From the NCBI GenBank assembly GCA_030145345.1, contig JAQYVT010000001.1:13013-77012 (forward strand): a DNA stretch of 64,000 nt, in the 5' to 3' direction. The notes beneath the pieces were generated by a model, which saw only the letters and a list, made by a program, of their open reading frames with translations, did not search any database and had not been told where the DNA came from. Below are positions 29,262 through 37,328 of the stretch, piece by piece. The number at the start of each line of letters is the position of its first letter. The first letter of the stretch is position 1. Origin of the DNA: Desulfobacterales bacterium. GTDB taxonomy: Bacteria > Desulfobacterota > Desulfobacteria > Desulfobacterales > UBA11574. The translations under genes and the position numbers were made by a program.

Positions 29262-29876
29262 ATGGGCTTATTATCATCACGCATTTCCGTAACACGCTAT
29301 AAAGTCGAGGGCAGGCTGGACGGACCGGTACACGAAACCGTATACCAGAGCCTTAAACAACGTTCGATTCCCAACATCGAAGATGACGGGTCCGAAGCCA
29401 TCGTCGGCTGGACATCCTTTGAGACTCCGTACGTTCCCGATTTTGAAGGATATTCTTTTGTTTTCGGTGCCCATATGGTTTTTGCCCTCCGGGTCGACAA
29501 AAAATCCATTCCCCCGAAACTCATTCGGAAACATTATACCATAGAGGCTGCCAAACGCCTGGCGGTCACCGATAGAAGCTATTTATCCGCCAACGAGAAG
29601 AAAGTCATCAAAGAAAATGTCGTCCTCACCCTCAGCCGCCGAATTCCGGCAACCCCAAACGTCTTTGATTTGGTTTGGGATTACCAGGAAGCCTCGGTGT
29701 GGTTCTTTTCCAATCTGAAATCGGCCAACGAGGCGCTGGAGACCCTTTTTATCAAATCTTTCGGCCTGCACCTGATCCGTCTGTTCCCCTATACCACGGC
29801 CGACCTGATCGCCGGACTATCGGACGGTGAACGCGATCTATTGGAAAAGCTGGAACAGAGCCAATCTGAGGGATAA
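29262..29876 (+). CDS. RdgC-like recombination-associated protein (short form, N-terminal/central RdgC-like)
   Basis: 204 aa. From memory of E. coli RdgC: a beta-strand start (RISVTRYKV versus NLMVYRL), then KKSIPPKLIRKHYTIEAAKRL...SANEKKVIKENVVLTLSRRIP...ANEALETLFIKSFG, which parallels ILPSPVIKQALEAKIAKLE...KDEVLHSLLPRAF...AEDTLALLRKSLG. ATG at 29262; the track uses the TTG at 29256. Confidence 0.55.
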   Translation: MGLLSSRISVTRYKVEGRLDGPVHETVYQSLKQRSIPNIEDDGSEAIVGWTSFETPYVPDFEGYSFVFGAHMVFALRVDKKSIPPKLIRKHYTIEAAKRLAVTDRSYLSANEKKVIKENVVLTLSRRIPATPNVFDLVWDYQEASVWFFSNLKSANEALETLFIKSFGLHLIRLFPYTTADLIAGLSDGERDLLEKLEQSQSEG

Positions 29877-29879
29877 TCA

Positions 29880-30404
29880 ATGTTGGATGTCGCCATAGCA
29901 TATCGCCGTTATCAATTCTTAGGCAACGAATTTCTGACCTGGCTGTGGTTCATGATCGAAACCGATCAGAACCGGCTGCGCCAATACGATCCGGATCTTA
30001 TATCCCTGAACATCGGCAGCCGCTTGGTGCTTGAAAATACACGCAACAACGCCAAAGAAACCGTCACCATTAAAGGGGATGAGGCCAACCTGGAAGAAGG
30101 ACTGGTGGCGCTGAAAAAAGGGGCCGTAGTTACCGAAATGCATCTTTCCTATAAAACCGTCGGTCAAGACTGGCTGTTCAGCCTCAAGGGGGAAAGTCTC
30201 AACATTTCCAACCTGAAACTACCGGAGACCGGACCGGTGGAGACTCCGGAAGATCTTGAGGGCGTTGTGATCGAAAAGGTCTATCTTCTGGAAAAGGTCA
30301 TCGGCCTGGTGAACAATCTCTTTTCCCAATTCATTAAACTGCGGGTATCCGATACGTGGCGCAACCAAACGATTTCCCGGATCCGCAACTGGTCGGCATC
30401 ATAG
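29880..30404 (+). CDS. Hypothetical protein, possible second RdgC-like subunit, translationally coupled to the previous gene
   Basis: 174 aa, starting 3 nt after the upstream stop with GAGGG 8 nt upstream. Segment TIKGDEANLEEGLVALKKGAVVTEMHLSY...WLFSLKGESLNISNLKLP is loosely reminiscent of the RdgC C-terminal region. Weak assignment. Confidence 0.4.
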   Translation: MLDVAIAYRRYQFLGNEFLTWLWFMIETDQNRLRQYDPDLISLNIGSRLVLENTRNNAKETVTIKGDEANLEEGLVALKKGAVVTEMHLSYKTVGQDWLFSLKGESLNISNLKLPETGPVETPEDLEGVVIEKVYLLEKVIGLVNNLFSQFIKLRVSDTWRNQTISRIRNWSAS

Positions 30405-30461
30405 AAAAATCGCAATGTGTTTGAAATCTTTAGCCTGCATCTCTCCTGAAGAACATCCATG

Positions 30462-31253
30462 CTAAATCGGGTTATTTTTAGATCGGGTCACACTGAGCGG
30501 GCCGGTGCCGGTGAGGAAAAATTTAACCCAATCAAAACCGAACGTCATCAATTCCACATCCGATTCCTTTAATTTGTCGGCGGTTTCCCTCGGGACCTCA
30601 AACCGGGACAAAAACGTGCTTTCAAAGATGAATTTTTTGAATTCATCGCCGTTAAAACATGCCATAAAGGCCATTGTTAATGCCGGGCTGTCGAGACCTT
30701 GGGGACCCCACGGATTTCCTCTAAATAGGGTGTCTATGTCGACCCACAGATCATTCATATCATTAAACAATTGTATTTGCTGGTCTTCAATCCACGCGTT
30801 GACAGTCCATTCACGGGATTCTTTGTGCCCCAGACAGTAAGAATCTTCGGCCACAAAGTATAAAACGGTTCGTTCGTTTTCATCCTCGGTCCTTGCCACG
30901 GCGCGTTCCATTGGATATGCCCGGCATGAAAACGGCCGGTCTTCGTATACCGTGCATCCGCGCGTTGACAGAAAAGGACATGATCTCTCATCATCATCCG
31001 ACATTTTCAGCATAAGGCTGGGAAAGTATGGGTTGTCCCGAATGGCTTGAAACGTATGCCGTTCCAGAAATTTATCCGAAGACATGCCAAGCCGGTTTTT
31101 CATGCGGATGACGTCATACGGATAAAGATACATGTCTGCATCTTTGCAGCACCGGGTAAAACATGCCACACCGGAATGGCAATCAAACTTGAATGTATTT
31201 CCTGTGAGGAGTCTGCTTCTGCCGCTTTTTTGTATGCTGGATATATTTTTCAT
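30462..31253 (-). CDS. YkgJ-family (UPF0153) cysteine-cluster protein
   Basis: 263 aa with the N-terminal Cys cluster FDCHSGVACFTRCCKD and a second C...C region (CPFLSTRGCTVYEDRPFSCR). Confidence 0.7.
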   Translation of the reverse strand: MKNISSIQKSGRSRLLTGNTFKFDCHSGVACFTRCCKDADMYLYPYDVIRMKNRLGMSSDKFLERHTFQAIRDNPYFPSLMLKMSDDDERSCPFLSTRGCTVYEDRPFSCRAYPMERAVARTEDENERTVLYFVAEDSYCLGHKESREWTVNAWIEDQQIQLFNDMNDLWVDIDTLFRGNPWGPQGLDSPALTMAFMACFNGDEFKKFIFESTFLSRFEVPRETADKLKESDVELMTFGFDWVKFFLTGTGPLSVTRSKNNPI

Positions 31254-31305
31254 AATTCAAAAATCCCTTTTCCCCGCTTGCGTATGTATTTAAATTTGTT
31301 TGGGC

Positions 31306-32874
31306 TCATTTTGGAAGCCAGTAACTGAAGAACAGACACGCACATGACATGGTCAATGACGCCCAAAAAACCCAAGTAACACCTTGAGAGACAGCGTCTC
31401 GCAAAGCGTCTTGAACCATTTTGGAGAGAAAAGACTGTATCTCCGGTCTAAAAAGGTTTTCGATGTTCTGATGAATATGATTGGAAATAGATTCGGGAAT
31501 CTTTTCATGGATACCGGAATGCATCAGTGAATCCATGGTCTCTGAAAGTCGAGCGGTTACGAAACTTCCAGAAACACCGATCCCGATGGTGCCCCCTAAG
31601 GTTCTGCTGAATTGATGAGAGGTGGTGGCAACCCCAAGGTCTTCTCCAGAGAGGCTGTTCTGGACAATGAGAAGTGTGGAAATAGAGACAAAACCCATTC
31701 CCAGGCCGGCAATGGCCAAAACAATGGAAAATGCGGCCAGAGACGTTGAAATGGAAAATGTAAGTGTCATGCCGCAGCCCGCCAAAAGTAAAACAGAGCC
31801 CAGCAGCGCAGACGGTTTTTCTTTCAGCAGATGGACCATCTGTCCGCAAAATAATGCCCCCACCGACCATCCCAGGCTCAAAGGAACCATGGCCATCCCC
31901 AGTTGAGCCGGGGTTTTTCCCAGGGCACCTTGAATAAAAAGCGGGCTGAATGCCGAAAGTGAAAAAATTGAAAAACTGGCAAAAAATGCTGCGCCGTTGC
32001 CGATACTAAAACCTCGAACTCGGAAAAAGCCGATGGGAAGAATCGGTTCCTTTGCCCGCCTTTCCACCGTGTAAAAGATCACGGCTGAACCAAGCGTTAT
32101 AACGAAAAGTGCGAGGATCTGCGGTGAAGTCCATGCGTAGGTGCGGCCGGCCAGTAAAAATGCGGCAAGCAATGCCAGAATGGTGGTCGAAAGTGTTAAA
32201 GCACCCAGATAATCGATGGCACTGTCTCTTTTTTTCTCCCGGGTTTCCTCTAAATATCTCCAGATTCCAAGAAAGGCTATGATTCCAAGAGGTACGTTTA
32301 TGAAAAAAATCCAGCGCCATGAAAAGTAGTTCACAATAAACCCGCCCAAGGTTGGCCCCAAAACACTGGATAAACCCCAAACGAAGCTGATCAGAGACAT
32401 CATTTTACCCCGTCTTTCCGGTGGGGAAATATCCGCCAGAACAATATAGGCCAGGGCAAAATTACCGCCGGCCCCCACGCCCTGGACCGCCCGGGATAGG
32501 GTAAGCTGGGTCATGCTGTGCGATGCACCTGCACAAACCGAACTGATTAAAAAGATGACGATGGATATCAAATAAAGCTTTTTACTGTTGAAAAGATCAC
32601 ATAGTTTGCCGAAAATAGGAAGGGACACTGCACGGGAAAGAAGATAGACAGAGAAAACCCAGCTATAAAGGTGTATGCCACCAAGATCTGACACGATTGT
32701 CGGCATGGCGGCACCCATGATCAGGGTGTCGAGGGCGCCGAGAAAAAGCGCCAATAGTGCTGCAGCAATAACATACCATCGTTTTTTCCCGCTGAGAAAA
32801 ACATCTTTTTCTCTGACCGGTTGACGTTCCGTCGGGATTTTGAAAGATGCGCGTTTATGATGATTCACGGACAA
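31306..32874 (-). CDS. MFS transporter, 14-TMS DHA2 (EmrB/QacA-like) type
   Basis: 522 aa with many TM helices. The motif LSRAVQGVGAGG and the length are typical of DHA2 efflux pumps. Confidence 0.85.
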   Translation of the reverse strand: MSVNHHKRASFKIPTERQPVREKDVFLSGKKRWYVIAAALLALFLGALDTLIMGAAMPTIVSDLGGIHLYSWVFSVYLLSRAVSLPIFGKLCDLFNSKKLYLISIVIFLISSVCAGASHSMTQLTLSRAVQGVGAGGNFALAYIVLADISPPERRGKMMSLISFVWGLSSVLGPTLGGFIVNYFSWRWIFFINVPLGIIAFLGIWRYLEETREKKRDSAIDYLGALTLSTTILALLAAFLLAGRTYAWTSPQILALFVITLGSAVIFYTVERRAKEPILPIGFFRVRGFSIGNGAAFFASFSIFSLSAFSPLFIQGALGKTPAQLGMAMVPLSLGWSVGALFCGQMVHLLKEKPSALLGSVLLLAGCGMTLTFSISTSLAAFSIVLAIAGLGMGFVSISTLLIVQNSLSGEDLGVATTSHQFSRTLGGTIGIGVSGSFVTARLSETMDSLMHSGIHEKIPESISNHIHQNIENLFRPEIQSFLSKMVQDALRDAVSQGVTWVFWASLTMSCACLFFSYWLPK

Positions 32875-33406
32875 TATGTTCCTCTAACACCCAAGGGGCT
32901 TGTTTCAAATCAAGGAGAGTATATCCGCTTTTTATACCAAAGCAAGATCCAAATGGACCTTTTTAGAACGCTGGCTGCGCGTTAACAAAATGAAAGCCCA
33001 TGGGATCCCGTTTAAATGGATCTATATTTTTACCCGAATTGATCGCAAACAAACTGAAGAACCTAAATACGCATTTAAAACAATTATTTTTGGGGCGTTT
33101 GTTCAAAATTTCATATATCTTCTATCCATGAAATATATTTTTAAGCGCAATTTCTCCCTTTTGTTGACCCTTTGGGAAAGCCGATGTCACCTCGTTCTGG
33201 GAACAACGGGATGATCAAGATACACGGCAGCTAACGACGATTTCATCCTTGACACTCATTTCATCGGGTCGACGCCCATTTCCCGGGAAAAGCATCTTCG
33301 ACTTTCAGTCAATTGGAGTGGCATTCTGGACCGCTTTATAAAAAAGATGGACATTGTAACAAATTTTTATTAGGATTATGTATAACTTACCGGATCAAGA
33401 AAAATC

Positions 33407-33766
33407 ATGAAGAAAAATTCGGTCGACGACAACTCCCAGGAAAGAAGGTACGAGACCCGAACGGTTCTCGATCAATACTACAGTGTAGAATTTCGATTGA
33501 AGGATATCGCCAGCACCTATCAGTTTAAACTCAGGGACATCTCATCAAAAGGTTTGGGCATTCTGGTCCATAAAGGGTCTGAGGTATTAAAATACCTAAA
33601 GGCGGGCGATACACTGGACATGAAATATCTTCCCCCGGAATCTGCAGGCCTTTCTCAATCCTTAAAAACACAAATCGTACATATCACCCAAAAAGACCAG
33701 GATCCGTTCAAGGGGCACTTTTTGATGGGTCTCTCGATTATCGAAAAACAGGATCTTGACAGTTAG
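33407..33766 (+). CDS. PilZ-domain protein (putative c-di-GMP receptor)
   Basis: 119 aa with RxxxR (ERRYETR) and DxSxxG (DISSKGLG) motifs at the correct spacing. Confidence 0.75.
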   Translation: MKKNSVDDNSQERRYETRTVLDQYYSVEFRLKDIASTYQFKLRDISSKGLGILVHKGSEVLKYLKAGDTLDMKYLPPESAGLSQSLKTQIVHITQKDQDPFKGHFLMGLSIIEKQDLDS

Positions 33767-33900
33767 TGCGTGTGTCTAAAAAACCACGCCACGCTTTCTT
33801 TGGATATTTTGATACGTTTATTCTACCGAGTGCCGAACCTGACCTCTCGGCGATAATCTTGCCTGCCTGATATACCGCTTTCTTCCGCTGCTGTCTGAAA

Positions 33901-34260
33901 TCAATGATCGTGTTGGCAAATTACTTCCAAAAGCTCGTCCATATCAAAGGGCTTCTCGATAAATCCGGTACAGTGGTGATGCATCGCCTCAATCACAAGA
34001 TCTTTATCTCCGTATGCCGTCATTATTATTACCGGTATGGTTTTGTTGTTTTCGCGAATCTTTTGCAAAAGCACGATTCCGTTCATTTCCGGCATGGCGT
34101 AATCGGTTAAAACCATATCAATTGCAGGGTCCTTCTCGAGATGGTCCAGAGCTTCCTGGCCGCTTAGGGCTTCAACAACCCGGTATCCCCGGGTTCTTAA
34201 TCCCCTTCGCAGGGTTTTAAGCTGAACCTTCTTGTCATCAACAATAAGAACGGTTTTCAT
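33901..34260 (-). CDS. Stand-alone response-regulator receiver (CheY-like)
   Basis: MKTVLIVDDKK..., the phospho-acceptor context MVLTDYAMPEMNG, MTAYGD and IEKPF. Its ATG overlaps the stop of the upstream gene (ATGA at 34257-34260). Confidence 0.85.
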   Translation of the reverse strand: MKTVLIVDDKKVQLKTLRRGLRTRGYRVVEALSGQEALDHLEKDPAIDMVLTDYAMPEMNGIVLLQKIRENNKTIPVIIMTAYGDKDLVIEAMHHHCTGFIEKPFDMDELLEVICQHDH

Positions 34261-35411
34261 GATGCGCAAAAATTTTCGTGCAGCTCCGGACAATCGTTAA
34301 AAAATCTGTACAGCGTTGCCCGCCCCACATTAAGAAGCCTGGCGGCCTTTGCCTTGTTGCCGCCTGTTTTTTCCAGAGCAAGCTCAACACGCGCCATATT
34401 CAGTTTACGTGAAGATCCACGTAGTGTTCCAAAAAGGCGGTTGTCATTAAGTTCCATGGGAAGATCATCCGGTGTTATCTCATCACCATTGCTTTTGACA
34501 AAAGCAAACTGAACGGCATTTTGAAGCTCCCTGACATTTCCGGGCCATTTATATTCGGTGAGCAACAGCATGGCGTTATCAGAGACCGTTACAGGGTTCC
34601 GGTTATACTTTCTGATATCCTGTTTAAAAAAATGATCCGCCAGCAGCGGGATATCGCTTTTTCGCTCGCGAAGCGGCGGCAGATGAATCGGCACAACGTT
34701 AATTCTGTAGAAAAGATCATCCCGAAATCTGTGGTTTTTCATTTCCTTTTTTAGATCCTTGTTGGTTGCGCTGATAACCCTTACATTGACGGAAACCGTT
34801 TTTTCTCCGCCCACCTTTTCAAATTTTCCATCCTGAAGAAATCGTAAAAGCTTTACCTGCATGTGCTTTGACAGCTCGGCAATCTCATCCAAAAAAATGG
34901 TGCCCCCGTCTGCCAGTTCAAATCGTCCCTTTCTGTCACGGACAGCCCCGGAAAAAGAGCCTTTGACATGCCCGAAAAGTTCACTTTCAATAATACTTTC
35001 GGGCAGGGCGCCACAATTGATGGGTACAAAAGGTCCATTTTTACGGGCGCTTGTTTTATGGATGGCCTCGGCGACGAGTTCTTTTCCTGTACCGGTTTCA
35101 CCATAAATATGAACCGGATAATCGTATTCGGCAACATCGGTGATTTGCTGAAAAACTTCGATCATTTTTGTGTTCCGGCCAATGATTTTTAAAAAACACG
35201 CCGGTTGTTCTGGGTCTCTTTTCCGGTTGCTTGCCTCTGCAATATTCCTGAACGAGACAACTTTTCCGAAGGGGTTTTTATTGTTACCATTCTTTTTCAG
35301 GATCGTTGCCTTCATCTCCCGGTGATTGGAAAGTTTTTTAGGAGACAGGCTGTCAAGATCTTTGAATGGACGGCCATTGGGCGGGTTAAGGACGTTGCTC
35401 GCATGATCCAT
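34257..35411 (-). CDS. Sigma-54-dependent transcriptional activator without a receiver domain (AAA+ plus Fis-type HTH)
   Basis: Walker A GETGTGKE, a variant GAFTGA loop (GSFSGA), a C-terminal HTH (KAKAARLLNVGRATLYR) and about 90 aa of uncharacterised N-terminus. The start was set at MDHASN with AAGGAGG upstream; the track starts at 35456. Confidence 0.85.
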   Translation of the reverse strand: MDHASNVLNPPNGRPFKDLDSLSPKKLSNHREMKATILKKNGNNKNPFGKVVSFRNIAEASNRKRDPEQPACFLKIIGRNTKMIEVFQQITDVAEYDYPVHIYGETGTGKELVAEAIHKTSARKNGPFVPINCGALPESIIESELFGHVKGSFSGAVRDRKGRFELADGGTIFLDEIAELSKHMQVKLLRFLQDGKFEKVGGEKTVSVNVRVISATNKDLKKEMKNHRFRDDLFYRINVVPIHLPPLRERKSDIPLLADHFFKQDIRKYNRNPVTVSDNAMLLLTEYKWPGNVRELQNAVQFAFVKSNGDEITPDDLPMELNDNRLFGTLRGSSRKLNMARVELALEKTGGNKAKAARLLNVGRATLYRFFNDCPELHENFCAS

Positions 35412-35587
35412 GGTATTCTCTTTCCTCCTTTGCCGGCGTTGTTTCAGCGGGCTCACCGGTCATCTGTCATTTGGTTTGTTGTGGGCAACTACTGAATGGA
35501 AAATTTCAAATGACATTAAATTTTATCCCCTTATGGTGCCACCCGAGGTTGGGGAGGCGTGGTTTTAGAAGAATGACATTTCTAAAC

Positions 35588-35603
35588 AGCATAAAGCATG
35601 CCA
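35588..35603 (-). promoter_or_regulatory. Candidate sigma-54 (-24/-12) promoter
   Basis: The minus strand reads TGGCATGCTTTATGCT, against the consensus TGGCACG-N4-TTGCW. The GG-N10-GC spacing is exact. It lies about 175 nt upstream of the activator gene start at 35411. Confidence 0.45.
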
Positions 35604-35943
35604 CCGGAAAAGACGGAGGGTTCAAATGGAATAAGCAATGAAAAATCAATAGGATGACATGGCAACCGGTCCGGAAAAGAGAAGTTAAAGACGACGGCAA
35701 CCGGTTTATTCAGATATGCAAAAACTGCACACCCAAGTTCATTTTTATCCGTATAATCAATGGGGTATTTTCAAACTATGCAAAAATTGATCATCGGTTT
35801 TTGATCGGTTGATGGGCCCAAGGTGAGATCGGAAGCACAACCGCAGGCACATGTTTGATATTCCGAGGATTATTTTTTGAGCATAACGCAGATATTGGGA
35901 AAAAAGACCAGTTATGGATGGGCACGGGTTAAGAATTAATATA

Positions 35944-37314
35944 TTAGGTTGCCCCATAGGTTTTCAATTTTTTTCTGAGGGTGTTCAGGGCGATGTCAAG
36001 GCGTCTTGCGGTTTGGGACTTGTTTTTTCCGGTCTGATCATAGACTTTGAGGATATAGGACTTTTCCATTTGCGCAAGGGGAACAACGGCGTCCGCATCC
36101 GGCGAATATTTCTGCTTTTTCTTCGATTTTTGCTGTTGAATATTAACGGGTAGGCATGTCTTGGAAATCTTTCGTCCCTGGGCCAGGTTTGCGGACGATT
36201 CGATAATGGACCGAAGCTCTCTGATATTCCCCGGATAATTATAATTTAAGAGCTGATCCATGGCGCCGTCTTCGATACCGGCGATTTTATCTTTACCCAG
36301 AAATTCGTTTAGGAAGTGGTTGGCGAGCACGGGAATGTCTTCTTTCCTTTCCCTGAGCGGCGGCAGGTGGAGCCACCCGCCTTTCAAACGGTAGTAAAGA
36401 TCCCTGCGAAATAGCTTTTGGGCCATCAACTTGTCAAGATCCTCATTGGTTGCAGCAACAACCCGGACATCCGTTTTTCGGATGGTGTCCGTGCCGAGCT
36501 TTATGTACTCGCCGTCCTGCAAAACTCTCAGGAGCTTTCCCTGAAGTTCCATGGGCAGGTTGCTGATTTCATCCAAAAACAGAGTGCCCGTATTTGAGTG
36601 CTCCAGATAACCCGGACGGTCTTTTTCAGCCCCTGTAAAGGCACCCTTTGTATGACCGAAAAATTCAGCATCAAACAGGGCGCCTGTCAGCGAAGCCATG
36701 TTTACGGGGGTAAACACAGATTTTGCCCTGGGACTGGACCCGTGGACGGCTCTTGCAAGAAGTTCCTTTCCTGTTCCGCTCTCTCCGGTAATCAATATCG
36801 GCACATTGCTGGCGGCATGGAGTTCAGCCTCTTTTAGGGTTTTCAAAACATTTGGCGATATGGAAATAATCGATCTAAATGCATGTTCATGCAGAAGTTC
36901 GGGGAGACGCGTTCCTTTCCCGATATCGGCAATGTCGAACAGACGCTTTCTTTCCAGAGCACGGTGGATGGATGCAATAAGATCGTCTTTTTCCACCGGT
37001 TTCACCAGGTAATCATATGCCCCCTTTTTCATGGCGCTGACTGCAGTCGCGGCTTCATCCAGCCCCGTAATCATGATGCATTCGGTTTCGGGGCTGTTGA
37101 TCTTTATCTGTTCAAGAACTTTTAGACCGTCCATGCCGGGCATCGACACATCGATCATGGCAAGATCAAAGATTTCGCCGGCTTTAAAAGCTGAGACAGC
37201 TTTTTCAGGATCATTTTCAATTCGTATGAATTTAAAGCCGGACGTGATAAGACCCCTTTGGATGGTCTTGAGAAAGGTTTGATCGTCGTCTATTGCTATT
37301 ATTCGATTTTCCAA
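35944..37314 (-). CDS. NtrC-family sigma-54-dependent response regulator (REC-AAA+-HTH)
   Basis: 456 aa: a receiver (IAIDDD...MIDVSMPGMDG), Walker A GESGTGKE, a canonical GAFTGA, and a C-terminal HTH. Confidence 0.92.
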   Translation of the reverse strand: MENRIIAIDDDQTFLKTIQRGLITSGFKFIRIENDPEKAVSAFKAGEIFDLAMIDVSMPGMDGLKVLEQIKINSPETECIMITGLDEAATAVSAMKKGAYDYLVKPVEKDDLIASIHRALERKRLFDIADIGKGTRLPELLHEHAFRSIISISPNVLKTLKEAELHAASNVPILITGESGTGKELLARAVHGSSPRAKSVFTPVNMASLTGALFDAEFFGHTKGAFTGAEKDRPGYLEHSNTGTLFLDEISNLPMELQGKLLRVLQDGEYIKLGTDTIRKTDVRVVAATNEDLDKLMAQKLFRRDLYYRLKGGWLHLPPLRERKEDIPVLANHFLNEFLGKDKIAGIEDGAMDQLLNYNYPGNIRELRSIIESSANLAQGRKISKTCLPVNIQQQKSKKKQKYSPDADAVVPLAQMEKSYILKVYDQTGKNKSQTARRLDIALNTLRKKLKTYGAT

Positions 37315-37328
37315 GTCACCCCTCCCCG

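Noticed and set aside
32900-33214. A 104-aa track ORF in the AT-rich spacer between the MFS transporter and PilZ genes; also looked for a divergent MarR/TetR regulator.
   Set aside because: It has no RBS, odd composition and no motif. No regulator-like frame was found on either strand.
33319-33334. A sigma-54-like TGGCAT upstream of the PilZ gene (TGGCATTCTGGACCGC).
   Set aside because: The GG-to-GC spacing is 11 nt instead of the required 10, and the -12 region lacks TTGC.
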